This document shows, piece by piece, positions 45,626 to 59,560 of a stretch of 64,000 nucleotides of DNA (within the stretch, counting starts at the first letter, position 1; the number at the start of each line of letters is the position of its first letter). The position numbers were made by a program, and so were the translations under genes. The notes beneath the pieces were generated by a model. The model saw only the letters and a program-made list of their open reading frames with translations. It made no database searches and was not told the origin of the DNA. Origin of the DNA: the human T2T-CHM13v2.0 reference genome, Homo sapiens; assembly GCF_009914755.1 (NCBI RefSeq), contig NC_060928.1. One strand, given 5' to 3'.

Positions 45626-47389
45626 TATTATTATAATTATTATTTAGGAAATAGTATGTATGTTTCCCTTTCACCATCATTCCAACCACCAATCCCCCTG
45701 ACCCCACACACACACCCAGAGGTAACCACTGCTAGTGGTTTGGTGCATGTTTTCTCTTACATACATAGATATATACACATGCTCATGCACTCACAAACAC
45801 ACACTCCTTACAATTTTTGTGTTACTGTTCCCAAAAGTGGGTTATATATCATATATTGTTCTGAGATGATTGTTTCCTTTTGCTTAGCAATATGCCTTAT
45901 AGAGCTTTGTATGTCATGTATAGACATTAATTCATACACCAAAATACACTAAATCATGCCTCTATTGATGAACAGTTAAGCGGTTTCAAATTTTTCAATG
46001 GATAGCCTTTAATATGTCTTTTTTCTCCTATGTAACTATTTCTATAAGATTGATTCCTATCTTGCCGAGTTATAATATATGTGCACTCAAATATCTTATA
46101 TGTATCCTGCCCTATTATCCTCTAAAAGGATATTCTGAATTTATATACTCCCATTGACAATTTATGAGTCTGTTTTTGCACCCTTTTACTCTTATGGAAT
46201 ACTGTTAATATTTTTAAATCTGTAAATTTTATGAGCAAAATGTGCTACTTTATTTTAATTTATAATTCTCTAATTATTTATTTATTTGTTCATTGAAATT
46301 GACCCAGGCTTTTTGTAGACATTTACTGTGTTTTCCTTCCCCCAATCCAAACATTTATCTGAAAATGTTGCCAAAAAGTGTGAACAAGGCACTGCACAAT
46401 GCCCAGCTGATAGGATAATCACTATTCTGGGTATCTCCTTCCTTGTGTTACAGCCAAGAAGGTTGGAAAAAAAGAGAGAAGTTTTCCATTAGAGAAGTTA
46501 CATCCTTATTCTCTTTATTTATTTCTTTTGTGTTCTTTCAATAGTTTGACTTGGAAATCCAACATTTGAAATTGGGACTATTCTAATACTATCTTATGAA
46601 CAGTTTGCTTAATTACATGGGGAAAATCAAAACCCAAATGCTCTTACCATGGCAAATTTCCTTAACGATCTCAGCATCAACACTCAGTGCTAATGGGAAC
46701 GTGAAGAAAGGGATATTCTCATACCCGCCTGGTAGAAATCCATTGTGCTGCAGTCTGTAAGGGAAGCAAGCTGTTAAGGCATCTGTTAAAATTAAAAGTA
46801 TATATACCCTTTGCCCCAGAATTTTACTCCTTGAAATCTAACTATAGAAATGATAGCATTAATATGAAATGGCATATATACTAGGTCACTACTCAGTCTT
46901 CAATGTCAGTTTGAATTTCCTGGGGATTCAGTTCAGTAGGCTGGGATAGAACTTAAGATTCTGCTTATTGAAAAAGCTCCCAGGTGATGCTAATGCTGCT
47001 GGTACATGGACCACACCTGACTGGCTAGGATGTTAACTGTGGTATATTGTTCATTAACAGAGTAAATTAAAAAACAAAAACAATGAGTGAATACTCATCA
47101 GGAGGCCCAGGAAATCATTAAATATCCACATCATTGAGTATTATGCAGGGATTTAAGGTAATGAAGTAAAGGTTTACTGCTTGATTTGGAGGGCCTTTTG
47201 TGTGTGTGCATGCTTGTGTGTATGATTTTATTATACAGAAAATATGAGAGAATATTAGGTTGTTAGCCACCTGTGGAGGGGATAAAAGTAATATGGCAGG
47301 AAGAAGATAAGCAGAAAAAAAAGGGAAGGGAAAAATCCAAAAGTTTATTTACTGAAAATAGCATATTTGTAATCATATATATATATGTA

Positions 47390-47681
<292 letters not shown>

Positions 47682-47809
47682 TCTAATCATATTTAATGGA
47701 CACTAACATATATATGTAAGTATATGTGTCAGTAAATTTTAAATGCTTAATACAAAAAAGTTAAAGAAATAAAAAGTAAATGTGATAAAATTAAACCAGA
47801 TCAAAATCT

Positions 47810-48175
47810 AGGTACTGATCCATGCTACAGGAAATCTTGAAAACATTTTACTAAGCAAAAGAAGCCAGTCACAAAGGACCACGAATTGGATGATGCCATT
47901 TATGTGAAATGTCCAAACTTAGGCAAATCTGTATATATAGTAAGTAGATTGTTCCTTGCCTACGGCTGGGGCAGGCGAGAGCAGGGATGAGGAGGTTAGG
48001 GGAGGAGGTGGTGGCTAAGAGGTGCAGAATTTCTCTTGAGGGAGATGAAAATGTTCTAAAATTGATTGTGGTGATGGTTGCACATATCTGTGAATACTAA
48101 AAACCACTGAACTGTACATTTTAGGTGGCTGAACTGAACAATATGTGAATTATATCTCCATAAAGCTATTTAAAA
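47810..48175 (+). mobile_element. L1MB-like 3' end
   Basis: CTTGAAAACATT..CTAAG..AAAGAAGCCAGTCACAAAGGACC...GTGATGGTTGCACA...AATTATATCTCCATAAAGCT. Confidence 0.75.
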
Positions 48176-48888
48176 CTTCTGTGGATGAAAACAATTTTTC
48201 TAATGTGAAAGAGCAACTAACTCCTTCTATTTCTTGAGATTGCTTTTCCTAATTGTTGACTTAATAATTTTTCTTCTTCAAAAGGCAAAAATCCTAACTT
48301 CAACTTTATCAGGAATTTTTACTCATTATTGACATAGTTTCTGGTGCACATGCCAATGTAAAAAGTATATAATGCCTTCACTATAAACTTATGCTCACCA
48401 ATCTGAAATGGACCCTAGAAATCACACCATGTCTCACTTGCCCATTCTCCGGGAAACCCTCTCCAAGCCTTCTTCACTTCCTTCTATCCTTGTACCCCAA
48501 TGCAATGGAAAGAAAGAAAAGCCATCAGTGGGCTATCATGTAAACTGTCTACATCTGTTCCTGTCCTACTTTTGTTTCTTCTGACCTAGAAATAATCCCC
48601 TCTTCTGTGCTTTGGGCCCCATTCTCTGCCATTTCTTAGATTCCTAACACTAACAATAATCCTTTCTTACTCCCACAGATTTTATTAATGCCCACTCTGC
48701 TTCATTTATATCTACCTGGTTTCCACAGTCATTGAAGCTTACAATGCTTGCCTTATGTTATAATAATAGTGTTGTATATATCTTTGCATACTTTTTTCCA
48801 CTTACATAATATAAATATATTTAGCAGAAAGCTCTTCATATTGTGTTTTACAAAATAAAAGGGACTATAGAGTTAAAATATTCTTTAT

Positions 48889-50016
48889 ATCCATTCATCT
48901 GCTGATGGACACTTAGGTTGCTTCCAAATCTTGGCTATTGGGAATACTGTTGCAATAAACATGGAAGTGCAGATACATCTTCTATATACTTACTTCTTTT
49001 CTTTTGGATATATACCTAGCAGCAGGATTGCTGGATTATAAGGTAGCTCTGTTTTTAGATTTTGAGGAACCTCCAAACTGTTCTCCATGGTGGTTACACT
49101 AATTTACATTCCCACCAACAATGTATGAGGGTTCCCCTTTCTCTACATCCTTGCCAGCACTTATTGTCTGTCTTTTTGATATAAACAATTTTAACTGGGG
49201 TGAGATGATATTTCATTGCAGTTTTGATGTGCAGTTCTCTGATGAAGGACGCTAAGCACTTTTTTACATACCGTTGGCCCTTTGCACAGGTTCTTTTGTG
49301 AAATGTCTATTCAGATCTTTTGCTCATTTTTAAATCAGATTATTAGGTTTTTTCCCTATAAAGTTGTTTGAGCTCCTTGTGTTTTTTGGTTATTAATCCT
49401 TTGTCAGAAGGGTAGTTTGCAAATATTTTTTCCCATTCTGTGGGTTGTCTCTTCACTTTGTTGTTTCATTTCCTGTGCAAGAGCTTTTTAACTTGATGTG
49501 ATCCCATTTGTCCATTTTTGCTTTGGTTGCCTATGCTTGGGGGGTATTCCTCAAGAAATCTTTGCCCAGGCCGATATCCTGGAGAGTTTGCCCAGTGTTT
49601 TTTTTTTTGGTTTTTTTGTTTGTTTGTTTGTTTTAGTAGTTTCGTAGTTTCTGGTCTCAGACTGAAGTCCTCAATCCATTTTGATTTCATTTTTGTATAC
49701 GGTAGGAGATAGGTGTTTAGCTTCATTCTTCTACCTATGGATGTCCAATTTTCCCAGCACCACTTATTGAAGAGACTATCCTTTCCCCTCTGTATATTCT
49801 TGGCACATTTGTCAAAAATCAGTTCACAATAGATGTATGAAATTATTTCTGGGTTCTTTATTCTCTTCCATTGGTCTATTTATCTGCTTTATTTGTCAGT
49901 ATATTGCTGTTTTGGTTACTATAGCTCTATAGTATAATTTGAGGTCAGGTAATGTAATTCTTCCAGTTTTGTGTTGATCTGCTTTGTTTTGGCATTGGCT
50001 ATTCTGGTTTTGTTTT

Positions 50017-50052
<36 letters not shown>

Positions 50053-50110
50053 TTCCATATAATTTTTAGAATTTTTTACTCTATTTCTGTGAAGAATGTT
50101 CATTGGCATT
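48889..50110 (-). mobile_element. L1MA-like fragment
   Basis: Antisense L1 ORF2 C-terminal region (TGAGGAACCTCCAAACTG, CCCACCAACA, TTTTCCCAGCACCACTTATTGAAGAGACT). Confidence 0.85.
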
Positions 50111-50139
50111 TATTTACTTATTTTTCTGTGTCTATCTTA

Positions 50140-51450
50140 TTTCTTTTTTCTTTTTAATTTTTGTAGGTACACAGTAGGTATATATATTTATGGGTTACAT
50201 GAAATACTTTGGTACAGGTATGCAAAGCATAATAGTCATATCAGGGTAGATAGAGTATCCATCACTTCAAGCACTTATCTTTTGTGTTACAAACAATCCA
50301 ATTATATTCCTTTAGTTATTTTTAAGTGAACAATTAAATTATTTTTTACTATATTTTCCCTGTTGTGCTAGCAAATACTGGGCATTATTTATTCTTTCTA
50401 ATTTTTTTTTTGTACCCATTAACCATTCCCCTCTTCCCTCCCATCCCACCACACTACACTTCCCAGCTTCTGGTAATCATCATTCTAATCTTTATCTCCA
50501 TGACTTCAATTGTTTTAATTTTTAGCTCCCATAGATAAGTGAAACATGCAATGTTTGTCTTTCTGTGCCTGGCTTATTTCACTTAACATAATGATCTGTA
50601 GATCAACCCATGTTGTTGCAAATGACAGGATCTCATTCTTTTTTATGGCTGACTAGTATTCTATTGTGTATATGTACCACATTTCCTTTATTCATTTGTC
50701 TGCTGATGGACACTTAGGTTGCTTCCAAAGTTTGGCTATTGTGAATACTGCTGCAATAATCATGGAAGTGCAGGTACTTCTTTGATATACTTATTTCCTT
50801 TCTTTTGGGTAGGAGTAGGATTGGTGGATCATATGGTAGCTCTATTTTTTATTTTTTTGAGGAACCTCCAAACTTTTCTCCACAGAGGTTGTACTAATTT
50901 ACATTCCCACCAACAGTGTACAAGCGTTCCCTTTTCTCTACATCCTTGCCACCATTTATTATTGCCTGTCTTTTGGATAAAAGCCATTTTAATTGGGGTG
51001 AGATGATATCCCTTTGTAGTTTTCTTTCGCATTTCTCTGATAATCCGTGATGCTGAGCACTTTTTCCTATACCTGTCTGCCCTTTGTATGTCTTCTTTTG
51101 AGAAATGTCTACTCAGATATTTTGCCCATTTTTAAATTGGATTATTAGATTTTTTTCCTATACAGTTGTTTGAGCTCCTTATATATTCTGGTTATTAATT
51201 CCTTGTCAGATGGGTAGTTTACAAATACTTTCTCCCATTCTGTGGGTTGTCTCATCACTTTGTTGTTTCCTTTGCTGTGCAGAAGCTTTTTAACTTGATG
51301 TGATCCCATTTGTTCATTTTTGCTTTGGTTGTCTGTGTCCATGGGGCATTGCTCAAGAAATCTTTGCCCATTCCAATGTCCTGGAGAGTTTTACCCAGTG
51401 TTTTCTTTTATTAGTCTCATAGTTTGAGGTCTTAGATGTAAGTCTTGAAT
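50140..51450 (-). mobile_element. L1MA-like 3' end fragment
   Basis: T-rich tail, GGTATATATATTTATGGGTTACATGA L1MA 3' end, then ORF2 terminus. Confidence 0.85.
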
Positions 51451-51944
51451 AGGAAAATTGGAAGTTCCTCTACACACTATTAACACTGCACATATTGCCA
51501 CTGTTACATATTTCTTAATCATTTGCATTTTATCCCCTATGAATTGCCAGTTCATATGTTTTGCCCACTTTTAAATTGGACTGATTTTTATATCATTTTA
51601 TAAAATGTTTTTGTACATTACAGATACAAACCCTTCTTCTAACAAATGAGTTCCAAATGTATTTCCTTTTGGTCACTGAAGTTTTGATTTTTGTTATGGT
51701 ATCTTCTCAACAGAAGTTTTGAATATTTATGTTGTCAGATCAATAATTTTCCTTCATTTTTTCTGGGGTTCTTGTCTTGCTTAAGGAATTTTCTTTGATT
51801 TCAAAGTTATATAAATGTTCCTCTGGATTATCTTCCAATATTGTAATGATGTTATAAAAACATCATTTTATACATGCAGATTTTTAATTCATCTAGAGTT
51901 TGTTTATATATCGTATAAACTAGGTAAAGACCTAATTTTATTGC

Positions 51945-52150
51945 CTGATTCAAATCCTAACTCTACTATTTAATAGCTGTGTGACTTTGGACCAGTTACT
52001 AAATCTCCCTGTGTTTTAGTGTTTTCATTTGTGAATTGGAATAATAATAGTATCTATCTCAAAGGGCTGCTATGAAGATTGAATTAATACATGAAAAGCC
52101 CTTAGAATAGTACCTGGCATATAGTGAGTGCTAACTAAATGCTAGCTATT
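51945..52150. mobile_element. MIR
   Basis: TTCAAATCCTAACTCTAC...GCTGTGTGACTTTGG...CTTAGAATAGTACCTGGCATATAGTGAGTGCT. Confidence 0.75.
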
Positions 52151-54823
52151 AGCTGACCCAATCCTGATACCATTTATTAAACAATTTTTTCTATCAGTAA
52201 TGCCCCTTTTAGCAACATAAAGTTAGCATATATACCTAGATCTGTTCCAGACTCTGTTGTATTCCACTGATGTATATATGAATACCACACTGTTTTATTA
52301 TTAGCTTTATAGCACACTTTAAAATCTAAGGGGAAAAATCCCTCTCCCTAATCCTTTTTCAAAACTTTCTTGGCAATTTCTCATCTATATAAGCTTTAAA
52401 ATAATCTTACCCCATAATATTCATCTATATAAACTTTAAATAACTTAAAAATAATTTTGGATGGAGGAAGAGAAATAAATTATCAGCTCCACCTTGTCCA
52501 AAGGGAGCAAGTGCCAAACTTAGTACACTCTTCCATTACAGAAATCTAAAAGTTTACACTGTGAGAGGGCACACAGGCAAAACGAGCCACTTAGAGGCAA
52601 CTATTTCACCAGATTGCTCTTAATCTGGAAAAGTGTTAGCTTCTCCCTACACTCTACCCATGGGGTACAACACAAGGATCCTTGTGTGTTTACTTTAAAC
52701 TGTGTTTGGCACATATGCTTTCTAGGATAAAATAGTTTATCTGGATTTGCAAAATCATTTCCTGTCGTTCCAAGATCAAGCACCATCTTGACTTGTAAAC
52801 ATGTACTCTTCTGTCCGCCCAAGCAGCTTAGAGGGCACCAATTCAGGTTTCCCTTCCAATCGTGACCAGGAAGAAGCCCAATAAATATTTCAAACATAAA
52901 AGGATTGTTATAACAAAGGGGTCTTAAAATCCTCCTGGGTTATCTGAACAGCTTTCCGTTTCATTTTGTTTTCACCTCTATCCCCTTGAAATTAGAAGAG
53001 ATTTTTTTCTCTGAATGAAATACAAGTTTATGCACACAAAGACTGACATTAGAAAAGAAAACAAACAACAACAGCAACCAAAAAAAAAGTGGGGCTCTCA
53101 TAAATGAAGGTATAGATATTAAGGGGGAGAGAAATGTTATGTCAGGAAGACAATCTGACCACAGGCCAGTTTTGGTAATCCTATTCAGGATGGTACTCCT
53201 GATAGCAAGCAATTCCTGCCTCAGTGACAACTCCATATATATGTGTTATAAACACAAACCTATCAGAGCACGCATTACATACACCTTACCATGACATGGC
53301 AGATGGTGGCTGGCTTCCAAGATAAGCTTTATGGAGAGTGAAGAAGAAGGGACAAAAGAAGGTGAGAGGCCCAGAAAAAAAAAAAAACACACTTCCTTTA
53401 ATCTTTTGATGTTACCAAAGTGATCCTTGATGAAAGAAGCATCAGTCTTACTTTTCTCCCTTTCCATAGATTGAAATCGGAGGCTAAATATCATCAAAAG
53501 ATGGCTCCCTTGGAGGATACAGCTTCCTAGAAGCCTCAAGCCAAAACCCAAAACAAACAACAGTGGTTACATTGGCTAGACATAATTGCAAGGCATTTGT
53601 CCAGCTTTATTTCTTCAAAGTCACTCACAATGAATGCCACACCGAATGATCTCGAAGAGACTTTATTCTTTGACTGTCACATAGATTAAAGAAGGCAAGT
53701 GATAACCCCCTGGAAATTGTTACAGAAGCCTGGCAGCCCAAGGTAATGTATAAGAAGTTTAAATTCACAAAAAGTACAACTCCACAGTGGAGTATTTAGC
53801 TAACTTAGGGATAACAGTATCCGACCCAAATGCAGCAAATTACATTACAATAAAAGCAACGGAACAATTAATCAAGTCATCAAGTCAAAAGTATATATCA
53901 TGAACAACTTTGGGCTCGGTTCTGTGAAAGGCACTGGGTGGAGAAGTACAAGAATAAGACCCACAACCTCACCCCTCTATGACTGTCTTTCTAGTTACAA
54001 TAATACACAGGCAATAAATTCAAGTAATATGAGGCAATATATGATTACACTTTTACAACTATGCAGAGACCATGCATGCAATTAGATTTCCAGTAAAAGA
54101 GAAAATGTTCTTTGAATTTCATTGTGATGAACTATAATGTAGAACTCAAGCTATAGGGTCAGTTCTTTAAATCTATAAATTACTCTAATTAAATATTTCT
54201 TTTTTGTTTTTTTGGAAATACAACTTGGGGCTTTTTCCTCCTCCTAGCTCTATGATGTAGTTGTTTGGGGAGGAATTTTCTCTTTAGAGTTCTCAAGTTT
54301 ATGTACATATTGAATATATTTAACTTTATTTAACTATTTGAAAATAATCTGACCTCAAATAAAGTAAATAATAAAATCAGATTTTCCCTGCTGAATAAAG
54401 TTAGTCTTACCTTGAACTATGAAACACCCTATTAAACTGTTTAGTAATGTTTAATTACAGCTCTAAATAATAATGTATTAGGTGTAGGACATAACATGGA
54501 AACAAAGCCAATTCATCATAACACAGATGGGTTTTTCATCATAAAAAATGGAAGGTTGACAGGCAATCACAAAGAAAATGAAGTGAACCACTGAAGATGT
54601 GTCAGTAATATATCCCCAAACCTCTCAAAGCTATTGATAAAATTAGATAGGAGGTTCATGTTATTCAGATCAGTTGTCTACACTGATTAAATCAGACAAC
54701 TCCTTGCAATAGGAATCATTCAATACATTATTAATGAAATTGTGCTAAATAATTATTCAACTCTCTATTTTGGATATACTATAAATTATGAGCAGGTGGA
54801 GGAATAAATTTGAAATTCATTTA

Positions 54824-55231
<408 letters not shown>

Positions 55232-55724
55232 CTAAGGGGTTACTGTCATCCTTACTTTATTTTTTTTTTCTTTTCTTCTTCTATTTTTTTTTTCTGTGTA
55301 CTCTCCTATAAGCATCTTCACTTTAAAGAGGAAGAAACTGTCTCAAAGAGATTAAACGACTCTACTCATCTGAGCTAACCCAACAACTGAGTCCGGCTGT
55401 CGTGACACTACCAAGAACTCTGCCTAAGTGAGTCGCAAAAGCAACCCTTAGATTTCACACGTTGTGCATGGGTAATGGTTGAGTGAAGGATCTCAGTGGA
55501 TCCGTAGTGCGTATGCATGAAACGTTTGTTCTTCAAATAACTGCTACCAATTGCTTTGTAGACAGCCTCCCTCCACCTTTCCAGCCGGAAAGAGTCTCCA
55601 CTTAATCACTTCTCAGCCTGATTCTGTAACTTCCCATTACTTTTTGGTTAATAAAATCTAATTTCAGTTAGCTCCCTTCCTTCCTAGAGCAGGCAGTCTG
55701 GGATGGCCCTGGGTTTGGAGTTGG

Positions 55725-56330
55725 GTAGCGCGGCCAGGTGACGGTCTCCTTCCCTGGGCCGTCAGGGCTGCAGGCGGCTGTGACACTCCGGAGGCCTCGA
55801 CAGAGGGGTCCCAGGCGCAGCGTACCCGGGCTCCTCTTGCCTCAGCGGAGCGTCCCACGGCAGTCCCGGACCCGCGCCTCTCCCGCCCGGCTCCTGCACG
55901 CCCAGCGAGCCTGCAGCCTGGGATCCTCCGCTCCTGCATCCCGGCTCGGGATGGGTCCCGGCTCCCCACCTCACGCCGGCGGGGCCACCCTTTCACTCCG
56001 CCTCCATCTGCTCTGTGGTCCGCGCTCGCTCCTGAAGTTAGGCGTATACACCACCTTCCAATTGGGACAGAAGATATCAGTCTCGCTTTCTCTCAGACGC
56101 CCACGAAGTTGAGACTGCATTCTTCTGAAGATTCACTACTCCCTCGTTTAGGGAGAAGTACCAGCTAGTGCGCCCGTCTCCCACCGCCTTTCCTGCCCCC
56201 ACTGCGTCCTTGACCCAGGTAGGCATCTGTGTCATATCTGGGGCCCGCCCTGGGGCTCCATGTCTTACCTGCATCACTTTTGAACCCAATGCCGATCTCC
56301 ATTTCCCGCACACCCCAGCACTACCGGGTA
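55725..56330. promoter_or_regulatory. Orphan CpG island ~32 kb upstream of the KDR TSS
   Basis: Abrupt GC/CpG-rich, non-repeat ~600 bp within AT-rich flanks; GC boxes (CCCGCCC at ~55882 and ~56244). Confidence 0.75.
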
Positions 56331-56774
56331 ACCTCTGAGAGTAGGAAAAAAAAAAAAAAAAAACCCTCAAAGTGTCTGCAGGCCAACCACATGGCAGCAT
56401 GTGTGAATATGGACGTTGGCTTAGTTAGAGGGCTTACTTTTGCCATTTATTATTTTAGCTTTGTTTCTTGGTCTAGGAATGTGCATTGCACAAAAGAGGC
56501 TCTCAAGAAATTGTTGTTTTTTTTCTAGTAAACCCAATTCTGTTTTAGGTCAGTTTTGTATAGCCTGTTTTTAAAGAATGTGACATAATTGCAATCTCTC
56601 TCTTTTTTTAATCCTACATTTTTTTAGACCTTTCACTGTGGATTTAAAGCAGCCCTTAAAATAGTAGGTAAGTGTTTCCAACTTTATAAGGTAAAAATTA
56701 ATTGCATCAGATATTATTAACGTTAAGATAACGTAAACCACAAGTTCCGGGGTGTGGATACAGTTATTGTTGTT

Positions 56775-56929
<155 letters not shown>

Positions 56930-58582
56930 TGACAAAGTCATAAGAGCTATTAAAACATATTGCAATAATAGTATCATAACCTTCCACCCACCCCCATAGT
57001 CCTTACTGTGTGCCAGGCTCTGTTCTAAATGTTGTAAGAATGTTAACTGAGTTATACAGGTTATCTCAAGCAGGATTTGACTCCAGGATGAGTGCTCTTA
57101 ACCACCGCATAATATTGTCTCTCTGACTTTGTTTCTGGAGAATATGAAAATAATACCTTACATAAATTTCTGTGATTTCAATCATAGAATTACCAGCATT
57201 TTTTAAAGCATTACCTTTTGTACAGCCACTGTGTAACAGCTTTGAGAGCATTACGTCATTTTATCTCAAATTCTATCACTCCCGCCCACCCAAGAGGCAG
57301 ACATGGAAATTGCAGCTCCATTTTACAGATGTGAACACTGCAACTCAGAGACATTAAGTTTCTTGGCCAAAGTCATGACATTAGTAAGTGGCAAAGCCAG
57401 GCTACAAATCCAGGTAAACCTGACACCAAAGTCTGTGCTCTAAACCAAAACACTCTGGGTTCTGTTCAAAGTGAACTAAATTAGGTCTAAATACAACCCC
57501 ATATTTAGTCACCTGGCACAATCATGATGCTATATCAAATCAGAGGTTGCAAACTGATGACTCCTATTCCTGGGCTTCCAGCCTTTCTGCAAAGCGCTGA
57601 AGATCTGGCAGCACAGGGCCCATGCTGCACCAGCAGGCACAATTGCCTCAGCTGGGGCTGGACAGTGCCAGCTCATTTCTGGCATGCAGGCACTCAGGTC
57701 CCAACCAGTCCACTTCACCCAACTGTGCCAGTGGCCCCCACAGGCATTTGAGTTTTTGCTCCCTATCCTAGAAATGTTCAGACCAGTGCTGCATCTCCTC
57801 TGACCATTGCAAACTGGTACAGATTTTGAAATCAATTTATGCCAGTTGAGCAGGGGTTTCCTACAGTGTAAAGCTAGACATCTGGAGTTGGGGAATTCCA
57901 ATTTCAATGCCCTTCTGGCTTTAGACCAACTGTAGATTTTACAATCCCACATCAAGGTCTATGATATGGCTCCCGGTGACAGATGTGTGGCACTAGCTCT
58001 GCTCACTGGGGAAAATAATCTGTCTGACACAGGGCTAAAGTCAACCTCTGTTTGCCATTCACGGTCTCAGCAATCTCATTTCTCTCTGTGTTGATTACCA
58101 CTGCATATCTAAGCCTTTCAAGTTTTCTCTTTCCCTCAGGACCTAGAGGGTCCCTGGAGGGTAAAGACAGTTTGCAAAGTCAGTGTGATTCATGTTTTAG
58201 TTTCTGAAAAGAGAAATTTGGCATCCATAGAGCTGCAGATAAGAAACGGGATGTGTAGTGTGAAGACAAAAGAGGCAGAAGGGACACCTAGTCTTCACAA
58301 AACAGAGATACAGCTGAACATAATAAGGTTGGACAGGTAGAGGATTTGCACAGAAACATTGGCTATCTAAACACTATGTGGTTGTCATAAATACATTTGG
58401 GAAGGAAGAGAAGGAATAATATGATTTCTCTTCCTAACATACCTTGGAAACCAGCCAGTAAGGAAACAGTCTCATCACTGAGATATTTTTCTTTCTTCAA
58501 CACCATGAAAATTAATGAAATATTATAACATTTTATTTATCTAGGCTATAAATTTGTGTATTGATAGATTCTTCTTTCCTGG

Positions 58583-59005
58583 TGATATGGTTTGAATTTT
58601 GTCCCCTCCAAATCTCATGTTGAAATGGGATTCCCAGTGGTAGAGGTGGGGCCTGGTGGGAGGTGATTGGATCATGAGGGTGGATTCCTCATGAATGGTT
58701 TAGCTCCGTCTCTTTGGTGATAAGTGAGTTCTCACTTGGTTAGCTCACACAAGATCTGGTTGTTTAAAAGGGTCTAGGACCTCCCCCTTCTCTCTCTCTC
58801 TTGCTCTGTCTCTTGCCATGCAATGCACTGACTTCCCCTTTGCCTTCCACCATGATTCTAAGCTTCCTGAGCCTCACTGGAAGCAGACACTGGCACCACA
58901 CTTCCTCTGCGCCCTGCAGAACCATGAGCTAATTAAACCTCTTTTCTTTATAAGTGACCCAAACTCAGATATTTCTTTAAAGCAGTGCAAGAATGGACTG
59001 ACACA
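58583..59005 (+). mobile_element. MST-type (MSTB-like) MaLR solo LTR
   Basis: TGATATGGTTTG...AAATCTCATGTTGAAAT...ATTAAACCTCTTTTCTTTATAA...GACTGACACA; 5-bp TSD CCTGG/TCTGG. Confidence 0.85.
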
Positions 59006-59009
59006 TCTG

Positions 59010-59560
59010 GGTATAGAATACTTAGATTTTAGATTACTGGAGATTAAAAAGCTCAAACTGGCTTGAACAAAAAAAAATGAGGCATTGTATTCATATAAGA
59101 GACATCCAATTTAGCTTCAGGTGTGGCTGCAACCGGATATTCATATGGAGTCGCCAGGGGTTAGTATCCATCTCCTGGCTCTTTTTTCCTATACATTGGC
59201 TTTGTTCTCTGGCAGGCTATCTTGTGGTGGCAAGGTGGTCTTCAGCAGCCCTAGATATACATTCTGCCAGGTTATCAATGCCAACAGAAAGAAATGATCT
59301 CTCAGAAGAATTTGAGCAAAATCCCCAGGACTGTCTCTGTTTGATCTGGCATTGGTCATGGGCTCACCCCAGAATTCGTTACTGTGGCCAGAGGTATGTG
59401 GTGATGTGGTGTTCTCATTGATTGGTGCTGAGTCCCCACCAAAGGCAAGGGGTAGGGCCATCTCCATCCAAACCATAATATCAATGTCAAAGAGGTGTGA
59501 TTTTCAAGACGGAAAGAGAGAGAGAGAGGGCGGGGGGATTCTGTGTGCAGAAAGGCAATG
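59010..59560. mobile_element. Old MLT1-like LTR remnant
   Basis: CTCAAACTGGCTTGAACAAAAA...GCTTCAGGTGTGGCTG...CATTGGTCATGGGCTCACCCC. Confidence 0.5.

Noticed and set aside
48889-51450. Two similar ~700-bp blocks resembling a tandem segmental duplication
   Set aside because: Both are overlapping parts of L1MA-like elements, and their divergence is compatible with independent copies.
52381-52445. Short duplication TCATCTATATAA(G/A)CTTTAAA at 40-nt spacing
   Set aside because: Small slippage duplication within degraded repeat-like sequence; no sign of function.
55664-56112. 110-124 aa ORFs in the orphan CpG island
   Set aside because: Low-complexity R/P/G/A composition typical of GC-rich noncoding DNA; no recognisable domain.
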